A DNA stretch of 64,000 bases from Octopus sinensis (GCF_006345805.1 NC_043001.1:67642001-67706000), one strand, 5' to 3'. Positions 1 through 14,057 are shown, counted from the stretch's first letter. The notes: a model not told the origin generated them from the sequence alone. A program made the numbers and translations.

Positions 1-519
1 TGAAGAAATCACCACTGGGTTTCTCGTTAGATTAACAAGAATAAGCCAAATATCATATAACCAATCTGATACTTGTTCTCTGCCTTATGTTAGAAACCTT
101 ATTGTTAAATATCAGCCATACCGACATCAGCAGATCATAACATAATTCACTGTATTTATCATTTTATTAATGTTAGTTACATAATAGAACTTACTGGAAG
201 CCTCTGTGTAACATGTGATAACAATCATCTTTGTATGGCAAATAGGGGAACTGCCCTTGTGGGACATCTAGAAATGGTTGCAGATGATGACATATAGGGA
301 GTCACCCATGTGTGATGCATGAAACAGTGACAGTTGTGTGACTTGTAGGGGTATGGTTATATGGGTGTGACCTGTAGAATGGTCACATGTGGGAAACCTC
401 AACATATGTATGCCATTAACAGAAAGCTGAATGTGTGACATTCACAAGTATGCACATGTTTGTTATATGAGAGTTATTGCACCAATACAGTGCAGCAATT
501 ATGCTGATGTGCATTGCAG

Positions 520-610
520 GAAGTAAAAACTGAGACATCTCAAGATGTTTTGGCAATATTCTCGCAATTATTCCAGTTTGCTTATTCTGGCCATGTTGGA
601 ACAGGACTAA
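520..610 (+). pseudogene. Possible transmembrane-encoding exon of the upstream plus-strand gene, disrupted by a stop or frameshift
   Basis: Acceptor tgcattgcag|G at 519/520 and donor AA|gtaaat at 610/611. The frame ending in phase 2 reads GSKN*DISRCFGNILAIIPVCLFWPCWNRT(K), a hydrophobic run followed by basic residues, but has TGA at 531-533. Phase 2 matches the exon at 8997. Confidence 0.3.
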
Positions 611-1067
611 GTAAATTACTTTTTTCTTGTTTTTCACTTTTATTATCTTGTGAAAAAATCACAAAGTTTGTTATACTATGTATAAGTAATTTACCAGTAT
701 TTTCCAGCCTCTATTGTTTTCAGTGAATGTTTCAAAAAGTATTTCTGTAGAATAGGGGTGGGGGGTGGGGTTCCCATCTATTTTTGTTCCCAACAACTTT
801 TGTAAAAGTAAGTTCACCCTGCTCTCATCATTTTGTTCGGTGATTTAAGTTTACTCTTCTACTATAAGAAAATGACTGACAAAGAAAGAATTAAAAATAT
901 TGTTTTCTAAACATCAATTATTTTAAGTTACAGTAACAATAAATCAAATAACAAGTTAGGCTATTCCAATTAGCAACACACTAAATTAATACACACACAA
1001 TACAAGTTGTTAAAACTGAAGTAACAGATGTAGACTTAGATTTGTCATGAGCCCTAGGACTCACAAG

Positions 1068-1317
1068 GCTGGAGCTTCACTCAGTTTTTATGGCGTGTAA
1101 GTGATTGGGGTTACAAAACTTCCCACTCCAGAATGAGATGTCAGTCCGTTGCAGTGTTGACTTCCCAGGTATTGCACAAACTCATTTATGGCTGAGCGGA
1201 CTGGAGCAATGTGTGAAATGAAATGCTTTACTCAAGAATACACCACACTACCTAGCCTGGAAATTGAAATCATGATCTTATGATTGTGAGTCCAGCACCT
1301 TAATCACTAGGCCACAC
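1068..1317 (-). mobile_element. tRNA-derived SINE, degenerate
   Basis: Reverse complement begins gtgtggcctagtgattaaggtgctggactcacaatc (A/B-box-like head); body resembles copies at 1880-2145, 27692-27840 and 59870-60010. Confidence 0.7.
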
Positions 1318-1879
1318 ATCTTTAGAAGTATCCTTCACAAACTTGGCTTACTTTAAATTTTCTTCTCAATTTCAGATTTTTTTTTTCAAAATAATTAATC
1401 TTTTAAAAACGATAAATCCAGAACCAGCATATTGACCCCATGGGTATGTAAGATTTACCTGATGGGAATAAATTTACCACTCTAGTTTGGAAATCACTGC
1501 CATGAGGTTATTTCATGTAAACATTAATGTTTGTCATGTAGAAGAAGAAGGACCCCTTTCAGTCATGAATAACTTTGGGATTGCACCTAGAAAGTTCCCC
1601 TCTGAGGCAAAACTGGAAGTCGTCCATGCATACCAGTTTGGATGGTACAAGGTGGTAACTTTAAATACCTTTAATGTGGCCATATGTGTATATGCAAGCT
1701 GAATGATAAATGGAAATGGTTTGATGTGTGGAGGCCATGATCTTCTCCTATGCATTGCCTCCTGTCTGCTAGCTGGCGTGTGGTGTGTGAGAGCCAACTA
1801 GATCACATCTTTACTCTACAACGTCAAGATGCAAAAAAAGGAAGAGGTGAATCTCTGAACCTTAATGTTGTGTATGCCG

Positions 1880-2145
1880 TCTATTATCCAACTAATTAGG
1901 CAGCCACCGTCAGGGGAGGTAACTGTGCCTACACCAACCTCATTTCTCCACATCACTGTTATCCAAGGGAAAGGCAAAGGCTGATACAGCTCGGCACCAA
2001 TGACATTGCAATTCATTTCTACGGCTGAGTGAACTGGAACATAAAATAAAGTATCTTGCTCAAAAACACACAGCCTGGTTCGTGAATCAAACTCACTACC
2101 TCATGATTGTGAATCTGATGCCCTAACCAGTGAGCCATGTTTGTC
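1880..2145 (-). mobile_element. tRNA-derived SINE
   Basis: Reverse complement begins catggctcactggttagggcatcagattcacaatcatgaggtagtgagtttgattc; same family as the SINE split by the hAT at 24734/27692. Confidence 0.75.
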
Positions 2146-2179
2146 ATGTAATATACTCAAAATCAATTTATTATTTTAG

Positions 2180-2575
2180 ATGTAGCTGAGTGGTTAGAAA
2201 GTTGGCTTCACAACCACACATTTTTGGGTTCAGTCTCACTGCATGTCACTTTGGGCAAGTGTCTTTTACTACAACTACCAACCAACTAATGCCTTGTGAG
2301 TGAACTTAGTTGACAGAAACTGAAAAAGCCCAACATATATGTTTGTGTGTGTGCATGTGAGTGTGTGTGTGTGTGTAATATATATGTATGCTTGTGTCTC
2401 CTTATCTTGATACTGTATGAACTATTGTAAATGAGTGTCATTGTTATACAAGTGATGCCATTAATTTCCAGTATTCCGCTGAAAATGTGTAGAAAATTTG
2501 TCTCAATAAACTCTGCCTGATCCATGCAATCATGAAAAAGTGGACATTAAAACAATGATGGTGATGATAACTTTT
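2180..2575 (+). mobile_element. tRNA-derived SINE with internal (GT)n and RTE-type (GAT)n tail
   Basis: Head gtagctgagtggttagaaagttggcttc...gggttcagtctcactg; tail catgaaaaagtggacattaaaacaatgatggtgatg. Related copies near 5730, 7960 (minus), 8535, 29340 (minus), 35130, 44050 and 51880 (minus). Confidence 0.8.
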
Positions 2576-4214
2576 GAAGCAAAAGAATCTGGAAATTAGG
2601 AAACAGGAAAATTTTCCATTTTTTTCCACATATTTTGCAAAAAAATATTTTTAAGAGTTTTTGTTTAGCCCCAGGTCAGTTCTGATCGAATAGATCTATA
2701 ACCAAAAGCATTCCAACCATGACCCTCCCATCTAGTTTTTTAGGCAGTATATACAAATCTGTGTTGTGTTGTATACTTGTAATAAAACTAGAGGAATCCA
2801 AACTATTATCCATGGATAAAAGTCCAAAGACACCACACCTCTCACTTCTAAAACCAGCCACCATTCCACTCACCTCTAAAATCCTGAAGACATACAGAAC
2901 AGTCCCCATCATAAATTTACTATGTTATGCCTGCTGATCTCAAAATGCTGAACCTTACAAAGGAGATGATAGAGGACTGATATATATGGTGCATTACTGT
3001 GCTTGAGAAGACCTGCCCACCACAACAGAATTCTGTTAGCTATAGGATTTCGGGTGGTATTTTGCTATTGTTAGACCTTTCTTGGGATTACTGTTCCTTG
3101 TAGAAATATTGTAGATGTTGGTGCTAACATCTTCATCTGTTCTTTAAGTTAAAGCAATGTTAAGATTACTTCAGCCTTCTAAGCCATAGATATTTTTTGC
3201 ATGATATTTGGGAGACATCTGCATTAGTTGATTCAATTGACCTCAATATGTGACAGGAACTTTACACAACTGACACCAAAATGATGAAAACTAAAGTTAG
3301 TTTCAGTAGAATTTGAACTCATAACTCAGATGTTTGCAATAAAATACTGCAATTTATTTTGTCTGACAATCCTACCAACCTACTGCCATACTGTGACTTC
3401 TTATAATTGGGGTGTGAGAGATTTGAAGGGTACCCTGTTTGTTTAATAGTGCTTTGAGTCAGTTTGTCAGATGTGAATTGGTAAAAGTCATTAATATATT
3501 TTATATTGAACAGATTGATATGTTTGAAACAGTAATGATTGATTCACTATATAACAAACAATAAATGTTTCAAGGAAAAAAAAAAATCTATTTTAGCCTC
3601 AAAATATTCTATTTCAGCTTTAATTCCTTTTATTTCCACTTATCTGAGGCATTGCCCTCATTCCTCTACCTTGAGTCAATCAGGTGATGTTTCACAGATA
3701 CCTAATATTAGAAGTATGAGTCATGTAGTGCCACTTAACCAACCCTAACCATCTAGCCCTCCCTTTCCAAAAACCACAACTCATGACCATCTATTTCACT
3801 ACAATTTATACCATTATATTAACTAATGAGTTATGAATTAATGAATGAAATATCTTTTAGCTGACGGTAACAACCCTGATTTACAAGGCCTCAACAAATG
3901 TCCACATAATTCAACCAAGCCATCACAGCCAAATTGTTTAAGAAATGCTCCCAAACAAACAGCTAAAAACTCAGGTAAGCTCTAATTTTAGTATTTTGAA
4001 ACTATGCAAAAAATACTGGTTTAGAGAAACCCCACTTTTTTTTTTAAGCAATACTCATGACCACTCACAGGGCCTCCAAGACTGGAGACCTGACCTCAAA
4101 TACTTGCATTACAATGGACTCTACTAAAGATACCCAAGGTACCAGTTAGTGGTGTGAAACTGGGCAATGGATTAAGTCCACCACCCAAAATGTCTGCTTG
4201 GCTTTCAATAAGGG

Positions 4215-4420
4215 ACATCATCATCATCATCATTTAATGTCCATTTTCCATGCTTGTATGGGATGGAAGGTTTGACCAGAGCTGGTAAGGCCAGGGGCTG
4301 TACCAAGCTTCCTTGTCTGTTCTAGTATGATTTCTACAGCTAGATGCCCTTCCTAACACCAACCACTCCACAGAGTGGATGCTTTTAATGTGGCACCAGC
4401 ACTGGTATCAAATCTGCTGT
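4215..4420 (-). mobile_element. RTE-type 3' tail / SINE fragment
   Basis: catcatcatcatcatttaatgtccattttccatgcttgtatggg...gatgcccttcctaacaccaaccactcc, matching the shared tail seen at 59700-59836. Confidence 0.75.
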
Positions 4421-4678
4421 GGCAGATAGATCTTCTTGAATACAACGATGCACCAGATATCTCAGTCGTAAGGCACAGTATCTTGAGACTGGCCATCAGT
4501 ATTTTGTCCTATGTCTTCCTAGGTCTCCCTTTCCCACAAGTTCCTTCTGCTTTAAATGATCAGCTCTGATTAGAAACTTGGGTACAGAGTAACTGAGTCA
4601 TAATGTAGCAGTTTTATGGCTTGGACTGTTTTGGATGTCTGCAAGGCTTTAGAGCTGAGTGGAGTGGCAACTGATTTT

Positions 4679-5043
4679 GTTGTATTATGTAGGCCATGGA
4701 GTTTTCTGTATTGTAAGATGACACACACTGCTGTTATGTTTAACCTTTAGTGTTCATATTACTGTCACTGGAGTGGTATCCATGGATAATAGTTTGGATT
4801 CTTCCAGCTTTATTACAAATGTGCAACACAACACAGATATGTACCTTCTGATGTAACAGCATCAGTGTGTGAGAGCAAAACAACATGCATTTATACACGC
4901 TGATTTAGAGTGTTTTTTATTTAGGACACACCAGCAATCAATAATTATCTGATCTCGTTGTATTATGTAGGCCATGGAATTTTCTGTATTGTGAGATCAC
5001 ACACTGCTGTTGTGTTTAACCTTTAATGTTCATATTACTGTCA
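4679..5043. repeat. ~88-bp direct duplication (4679-4767 and 4957-5043) including a MITE left end
   Basis: gttgtattatgtaggccatgga...ttaaccttta.tgttcatattactgtca occurs twice with few substitutions. Confidence 0.85.
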
Positions 5044-5240
5044 GATGTAATGCTTATTTATTCATATTGTTTTGAATGTATCATGAATTATCTTGTAGCT
5101 TTGAGACTTCAGTGATGTGGTTGTTTATTTCTAGAATGACATTGTAGGGTACATACAAGAGAATGGATCTGGCTGGTTTGAACATAAAACAAGTAGAATA
5201 TCTGAAGCTGATATGGCTGGTTTAAATGCTAAAGGTTTAA
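5017..5240 (+). mobile_element. TTAA-flanked MITE (piggyBac-like ends)
   Basis: Starts ttaacctttaatg and ends gctaaaggtttaa; a reverse-oriented copy lies at 34213-34424. Confidence 0.7.
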
Positions 5241-5729
5241 TAACCTATTTGTTGCAGTTGTCTACCCCAACTCTCATTTAAACTGTAATTACTCTGTGTT
5301 CTCATTATAACAAAAAAAAATTGATTAAAAATAAGTTTTATTTTAACCTTAGAAAGATGACTACATAATGTTGAGCTAAAGTTCACTTTGCAACTATAGT
5401 GTTCCAAGTTCAATTTCGCTACATGATACTTAATCAAGAGACTTGTACCATGGATTGGTCAAAGTCTTGTGAATGATATAGAAAGCCATGTGGAAGCTGA
5501 TTGGCAAGACTGAAGTTTGGTGGTAGAGTTAATGTGTTATTTGGTTTATGGGTGACATTAGTGGAATTCTTTCTGTTACAAGAATTCAGGTTGGTCCCTG
5601 GTCTGAGGGTACCTTCCTTTCTGCTTCTCATCAGTCAGGAAAGACAACAAAAAAGGGTTGTGTGAGTGTGTGTGCACTGACTGTTCAATGATAGAATTAC
5701 TGAATGCCTGCTTTGTAACATAGAATAAG

Positions 5730-5935
5730 CATAGGCATGGCTGATTTGTTAACTAGTTCACTTCTCAAACCATGTGGTTTCAGAGATTCAGTCCCACTGT
5801 AAGTGTCTACAACTATTGCATCAGGTTTGACCATGGCCTTGTGAGTAGATTTGGTATAGAGAAGCTGACAGAAGTCCATCATGTGTGTGTGTGTGCGTGT
5901 GCATACATGCATGTATGTGTGTATGTATGTATTCT
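5730..5935 (+). mobile_element. tRNA-derived SINE, 5' part
   Basis: ggcatggctgatttgtt...ggtttcagagattcagtcccactg...gccttgtgagtagatttggtagagaagctgacagaag followed by (GT)n. Confidence 0.7.
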
Positions 5936-7749
5936 CTTTAGAGTAAATTTTGACTGGTCACCCACATGGTAGCAAAGTTGTGAAGGAAAGTATCTTGATT
6001 TAACTGTCATCCTTTAAATCTTAAGGTCTTGCAGATTTTTATGGTCCCAGATATTGTGATCAATTGTAGTGCATGAATTAAGGATTCGCATTGTGTGTGT
6101 GTGTTACATTTGCACTTTTCTGAAAATAAACTGAGCCACCAGTCATCCTGTCAACAGACCATTCACTGGCTCTGCACCTTTGTGAAATAAAATTCCCTTT
6201 CTTGAAAAACAGTTTAGAGATATTGACAGGAAGGGCATCTAGCTGTAAAACAATATGTCAAAATAAAATATTCATTTCAACCATGCTAGCATGGAAAAAA
6301 ATGGACACAAAATGAATAAATGCAGGTAAATAAGCTGCTAACAGTCTATAAACACCAGCCAAATATAATTGTTACCTATTTGCATATGTATATTTTAAAC
6401 TTGAATTATCTGTTATTGATCTGAGACAAATATTTGTACAACTGATTTTTCTATCATTACAGCAATTATCCTCATTAGCAGTCTAATTGGAGGCCTTTTT
6501 TTGATAATAGCTCTTATCATTGGAGTAATATGGAAGCGGTAAGAATCTCTTTCTTCTATTTCTTCAGTAGCAAGATGTAAGTTGTTGTTTAGCCCTCGGT
6601 CAACAGATCTATGATCAAGCCATTTATGCCTTGGATGGGTCATAGTGTAATTTGAAATACATTATCCAATTTCTAAGATGCTAGGACATGCTTTGCGAAA
6701 GGTTTGACTGCTATTTCTAGCAAATCTAGTGACTACCACCACAGATATTTCTTCATTAGCTCATTCTTGACTGAGCAGACCATATGATCATAGACATTAC
6801 AAATATGACCAACCCACCTGTTTTCTATGTGCTGCTAACTCAGTACTACATTATCAAAAGTCTTTTATAAAAGTGGGGGTGAGTGGTGATGGATTTGAAA
6901 AAATTTTTGGCTGTTATTTCTAGCAAACTGAGTGATTGCGGGTATGTCCTTGTTGGCTTGTAATGTGGTAGAGGAAGTAAGAAAATACAACAGATAAGAA
7001 AAGATGACAACTCCACCTGCTTATCACAGGATGATTAGAGTCAAAGAGAGTTTTAGAGTTATGAAATCATGTGCTGCTCTTAGAGAAACTTTCAAGAAAT
7101 CTCTTGATTAAAATCAGTTTCAAATTTTAGCACAAGGTCAGTAATTTCAAGTGAGTGGGTAAGTGTTCAACTAGTACTTCTTGAACTGCTTCATGCACTC
7201 CATGTACTGATGGTGTATGACCATTTTGAACACCCATGCAAGACATACATGGTATTGAACATGTCATGCCCTACAATCTCAATGTGCTGGATCTACCCAC
7301 TACCAGAAAACATGACGACGACCTATAAACTGTGGTCAAAGTGCATCCAAGAAGTTGACTTTATCAGATTTATCACAATTTATCTCTGACATAATGAAAT
7401 TAAAACACTTCACAGTCACGCACGTCTCGCATTTCTTTTGCAGTTCAGTTTATAGTAGAAAGCAATGATGTAGTTTATCTATTATACTTTCATCATCATC
7501 ATTGTTCGACTGTGGTCGAGACTTTCATAGTCTTTTCAAATGGCTAATAATGTGTGCGCGCGCCACTACTACACACATTGGAAAGCATTGTACAACCAAG
7601 TACTAAAGAAGATCTTTCCTCCTCCATGAAACAAAGCTGTTCCCGCTGGACGTCAACCCAGTATTTCTAAGCTACGGACCCAGTGATTTATTGTAAGGTT
7701 ATCTCCCTAGATAGATTGCCTTCACTACAGCTAAGGAGCCCTTTCTACC

Positions 7750-8100
7750 CCATACTTTACTTGTTTCAGTCATTAGACTACAATCATGCTGGGGTACCAC
7801 TTGAAGGATATTTAGTCAAATGAATTGACCCCAGTACTTATTTTCTTTTTAAGCCTGATACTTATTCCACTGGTCTCTTTTGCCAAACTGCTAAGTTACA
7901 GGGAGATAAACACACTAGCAGTCATCAAGTAATGGTGGGGAACAAACAGACACACATATCCAACAGGTTTTTTTTTCAGTTTCTGTCTACCAAATTCACT
8001 CACACAGCTTTGGTTGGCCTGCTTGCTCAAGGTGCCATGCAGTGAGACTGAAACTGAAACCATGTGGTTGGGAAGCAAACTTCTTACCACACATCACCTG
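7750..8100 (-). mobile_element. Adjacent SINE fragments
   Basis: 7750-7945 resembles 50340-50540; 7960-8095 is the reverse complement of the 2180-type SINE head (tttcagtttctgtctaccaaattcactcac...ggttgggaagcaaacttctt). Confidence 0.65.
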
Positions 8101-8534
8101 AATTACCTGCTCATCACAAACATACATGGCCAAGTATTCCACAGATATGTGCACCCTTAATGTAGTTTTCAGGTAGATTCTATGACAAGACTGTACCTTT
8201 TTGATTATTTGTACAATGCACCCAATAGGCTTCTATAAAGTTTCCACCAACCCAGTCTCATTCATAATGTAATGGGCTAAAGCAAGGTTACAGAAAGTAA
8301 CAATTGCATAAGATGTCACGCAGTGTGACAACCTGAGACCACATGGTTGTGAAGCAATCTTCTTAGCCATTTGGCTATATGGCACCTAATAAGTACATTT
8401 ATAAATATAAATGAATTTACAGACACACAAATGCTTTTGTGTGAGTAGACACAGCTGTGTTAAGGACTTCTCAACTATGTTTCTGATAAGTGTCTTCCAT
8501 GCCACACCCAGATTTACTTAGAAAATGAAAGAAG

Positions 8535-8785
8535 CCTCACTGTGTGTGTGTTTGTTTGTATCTCCTTGTCTTAGCATTACATGATGGTTATAGATGAGTG
8601 CCATTGTCATACAAGCAGTGTTATTCATTTTAAATGTTTTAAGAAAACCTGTCTCAGCAACGGAGAAATATAACTTTGCTTGGAAACAGGTATAGGTTGG
8701 TGACAGAAAGGGCATCCTACTGTAGAAAATTTGCCTCAACAAATTCTGTTCCATGCAACTATGGAAAAGTGGATGTTATAATGAT
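8535..8785 (+). mobile_element. SINE 3' half
   Basis: gcttggaaacaggtataggttggtgacagaaagggcatcc...catgcaactatggaaaagtggatgtt, the shared RTE-type tail. Confidence 0.7.
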
Positions 8786-8996
8786 TATATATAAATAAAT
8801 ATATATAATGATGGATTTCTATACAGTTTTATCTACCAATACATTTCTACATAAGTGAAAGACTGTCTTAAAAATTAAATCTGTTTTAAATACATTTTCT
8901 GTTTAATTCAGCTGTTTTATAACAATGAATTTAAGTTTTGATTGTACACAGAAAAACAGGATCTTGAAATTATGTTTGTTTGTAAATATATTTCAG

Positions 8997-9477
8997 ACAC
9001 CAGATATCAAAACATGGAACTGTACAGCGGAGACAAACACATCCATACAGTCAGCCAGATATGAGCAGTATTTATGTTAGCCCTAATGCTATAGTCAACT
9101 GTCAGCTTCCACAAGAAAACGAAGAGTCACACATTTATGAGAAAATCACTACAAGCATTTATTATGATCCACAAGCTGCACTGAAAACCGTTGACAGCAA
9201 TGACAAACTAATGTCTGGCTTCTATTTTGAACCACAAACTATAATGAAGAACATTAATGGTAATGACAAACTGTCTGGCCTTTACTGTGAACCACAAACT
9301 ACAATGAAAACCATTAACAGCAGTGACAAACTGTCTGGCCTCTATTGTGAACCACAGACTGTGATGAAAAACATCAACAGTAATGACAAACTTACTTCTG
9401 GCCTTTATTGGGAACCACAGACACTAAAGGATGTTGATAAGGAAAATAGCACGCCTATCTATGTTAACATCTTGTGA
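8997..9477 (+). CDS. Terminal coding exon of an unidentified gene; tyrosine-rich (YxxP) low-complexity tail, probably a receptor cytoplasmic domain or adaptor C-terminus
   Basis: Acceptor aaatatatttcag|A at 8996/8997. Frame is open from 8998 (HQISKHGTVQRRQTHPYSQPDMSSIYVSP...PIYVNIL) to TGA at 9475-9477, and the internal repeat length change is a multiple of 3. Confidence 0.7.
9154..9440 (+). repeat. Coding minisatellite, about 5 units of 60-63 bp (20-21 aa, SGLYCEPQTxMKxINSNDKL)
   Basis: Units start at 9154, 9214, 9274, 9334 and 9397; consensus tctggcctttattgtgaaccacaaact...atgaaaaacattaacagtaatgacaaactg. Confidence 0.92.
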
Positions 9478-9951
9478 TTGTTTGTTGTCCTAAACAATAT
9501 ATTTTATCTGTAATGTTCAGTAATTTATGATAAAGTCAACACTATATATCTTTGACAGAAAATAATGACTTCTAATCAACATCTTGCAGTTTCCAATTTA
9601 CAGGTGAGAGAAAGAGAGAAGACTGCTGAAATTGGCCCCAGATAATTGAAAGATATTTTAATTGAAACTCCTCCATACCAGGAGGGTGAAAGACAAATGA
9701 CTGGAGTAGGATTTTAACTAAAACTATAGTGATGTGACTAAATATCACTAATCATTTTGGTCGTCGCTTCACCACCTTCTTGATGTAAATTGGTAAAAAC
9801 TATTAAGACAAAATGAAAGTAATAATTTTCTTTTATTGCAAAAATGTTTGATGAAGGCAGAAAATTACGAAGAATGAAAATGTTTAGAGTGAGATGGGGG
9901 GGGGGATGAAAAATGATGTTGAACCAACTCTAAAAATTTATGCATGAAACT

Positions 9952-10026
<75 letters not shown>

Positions 10027-10590
10027 GATATATATATATAATATATATATATATAATAGCTACACTACTTCCAAAACAATCTATATAGTTGTATATATAA
10101 TATAACTATATTATACATAGCTATTTCCATAACAATCTCTGTAGCTGTATATATTACAAGCTATACATGTAGCTGTTAATCTGTTACATATATATATATA
10201 TATATATACATATATATACGTAGATACACATATATATATATATATGTATATACACATTATATATATACATATATATACGTATACATATATACTTATACAT
10301 ATATATATATATATTACGTATACATATATATATATATACATACGTATACATATATATATATTACATATACATATATATATACGTATACATATATATATAT
10401 ACATATACATATACGTATACATAGATATATACATATATATATACGTATACTATATATATATAATCTATATATATACATATAATATATACGTATACATATA
10501 TATATATATATACGTACATACGTATATACACATATATATTACATATATACGATTTAATTATATATAATATACATATATACGTATATACAC

Positions 10591-10623
<33 letters not shown>

Positions 10624-10719
10624 CGTATATACACCATATATATATATACATATTATATATATAATATTATATATATATACATATCTATATATTACATTAT
10701 ATATATATATATATATACA

Positions 10720-10754
<35 letters not shown>

Positions 10755-10805
10755 CGTATATAATATATATATACGTAATACACATATATATATACATATA
10801 TACAC

Positions 10806-10840
<35 letters not shown>

Positions 10841-11590
10841 CATACGTATATACACATATATGTATACATATATATATATATACACATATATATATATATA
10901 CACATATATATATACACATATATATATATACACATATATATATATATACACATATATATATACACATATATATATATATATACACACATATATATATATA
11001 TATATATACACATATATATATATATATACACACATATATATATATATATATACACAACATATATATATATATAATATATACAGATATATATACACACATA
11101 TATATACAGATATATATACACACATATATATATATATATATCCATATATATATACACACATATATACAGATAGATATATATACACCATATATAATATATA
11201 TAACACTATATATATATATATATATACAGATATATATATATATATATATACATATATATACACACATATATATATATATACACACATATATATATATATC
11301 ACCATATATATATATATACACATATATATATATACATATATATATACATGTATATATATATAACTATATATATATATATACACATATATATATACATATA
11401 TATATACATATATATATATATATACATATATTATATTACACATATAATATATATATATACTACACATATATATATATATATACACATATATATATATACC
11501 ACATATATATACACATATATATACCATATATATACACATAATATATACACATATATATATATATATATACACATATATATATTATACACA

Positions 11591-11622
<32 letters not shown>

Positions 11623-13018
11623 CATATATATATATACATATATATATACCATATATATATATACACATATATATACATATATATATGTGTATATATATAT
11701 ATACCATATATATACATATTATATATACATATATATATATACATATACATACATATATAATATACATAGATTATATATATATATACATATATATATATAC
11801 ATATACATACATAATATATATTATATATACATATATATATACATATACATACATATATATATACATACATATATATATATATAATATATACATATATATA
11901 TATACATTATATATATAATACATAGTATACATATATATATATATACAATATATATATATACATATATATATATACATATATACATATATATAGATACAGA
12001 TATATATACATATATAATATACATATATATATATATACATATATATATATATCATACATATATATATACATATTATATATATATACATATATATAATATA
12101 TATACTATATATATATACATATATATTATATACATATATATATATATCATATATATATTATACAATATATATACATATACTACATATATATATATACATA
12201 TATAATACATATACATACATACATATATATATATATACATACATACATAATATATATATACATACATATATATATATATAACATACATATATATATATAT
12301 ACATACATAATATATATATACAACATATATATATATATACATACATATATATATATAACATACATATATTATATATATACCTACATATATATACATACCA
12401 TATATAGATATATACATATATATATACATATATATATACATATATATATACATATATATATATATACATACTATATATATACATAATATATACATATATA
12501 TATATATACATATATATATATACATATATATATATATACATACATATATATATATACATATATATATACATATATATATATACATACATATATATATACA
12601 TATATATATACATATATATAACATATATATTACATTATATATACATACATATAACATATTTATACATATATATATATATACATATATATATATACATATA
12701 TATACATATATATATACTATATATATATATTATATATATACATATAGATATATATACATTATATATACATATATATATACATACTATATATATAATATAC
12801 ATACATATATATATACATATATATATATATACATTATATATATATCCATACATATATATATACATATATATATAATATATATATACATATATATACATAT
12901 ATACACATACATATATATACATATACATATATACATATATTTATACATATATATAGATTACATATATTATATATCATATATATAATATATACATATATAT
13001 ATATATATATATATGTAT

Positions 13019-13072
<54 letters not shown>

Positions 13073-13084
13073 TAATATATATTG

Positions 13085-13133
<49 letters not shown>

Positions 13134-13535
13134 GATATATATATATATGTATATATATATATATGTGTATATATGTATATATATATGTATATATATATAT
13201 GTGTATATATATAATATGTATATATATATATGTGTATATATATATGTAATATATATATAATATATGTATATATATTGTATATATATATGTATATATATAT
13301 TGTATATATATATATAGTGATATATATATGTATATATATATATATATGTATAGAATATATATGTATATATATTATATATATGTATATATATTAGGTATAT
13401 ATATTATATATGTATATATATATATGTATATATATATGTATATATATTGTATATATATATGTATATATATAGATTTATTATATATATATATATATATATA
13501 CATATATATACATATATATATATGTATATATATAC

Positions 13536-13568
<33 letters not shown>

Positions 13569-13569
13569 G

Positions 13570-13745
13570 TAATAAATATTAGGGAATAAATCCAAATTAC
13601 AGGAAAAAATCAGATTTAGGATTAATCCAATTTATAGTAAAATATTATATAATATTATAGACAAACCACTATTTTGCAAAACAAACAAGAAAGACTTAAT
13701 CAATACATAAAATTTTAATAAAAGTGGTTTTGTCTCTAATAATAA
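13570..13745. mobile_element. Short non-autonomous repeat island in the TA tract with an internal inverted repeat
   Basis: tagacaaaccactatt (13658-13673) pairs imperfectly with aaagtggttttgtctcta (13721-13738); TA runs flank both sides. Confidence 0.5.
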
Positions 13746-13809
13746 TTATATATATATATATATATACATATAATATATAACATATATATATATACATATA
13801 CATAAATAC

Positions 13810-13840
<31 letters not shown>

Positions 13841-14016
13841 CACATATATATATATATATAATATATATATTATATATACATATATATATACACACATATA
13901 TATATATATATATATATTATATATACATATATATATATACATATATATATATATTATATATAATCCACATATATATATATATATATATATAATTATATAT
14001 ATACATATATATATAT

Positions 14017-14057
<41 letters not shown>

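Noticed and set aside
1376-1443. Possible exon bounded by ttcag| and |gtatgt
   Set aside because: All three frames contain stops, and the near-open frame does not fit the phase of the 520-610 candidate.
9061-9063. ATG at 9061 as the start of a standalone 138-aa gene
   Set aside because: The frame is open back to a good splice acceptor at 8996, so this is more likely an internal Met of a terminal exon.
9154-9440. Regularly spaced repeats as a CRISPR-like array
   Set aside because: Units are contiguous 60-bp tandem repeats without unique spacers, in a eukaryotic coding frame; no cas genes.
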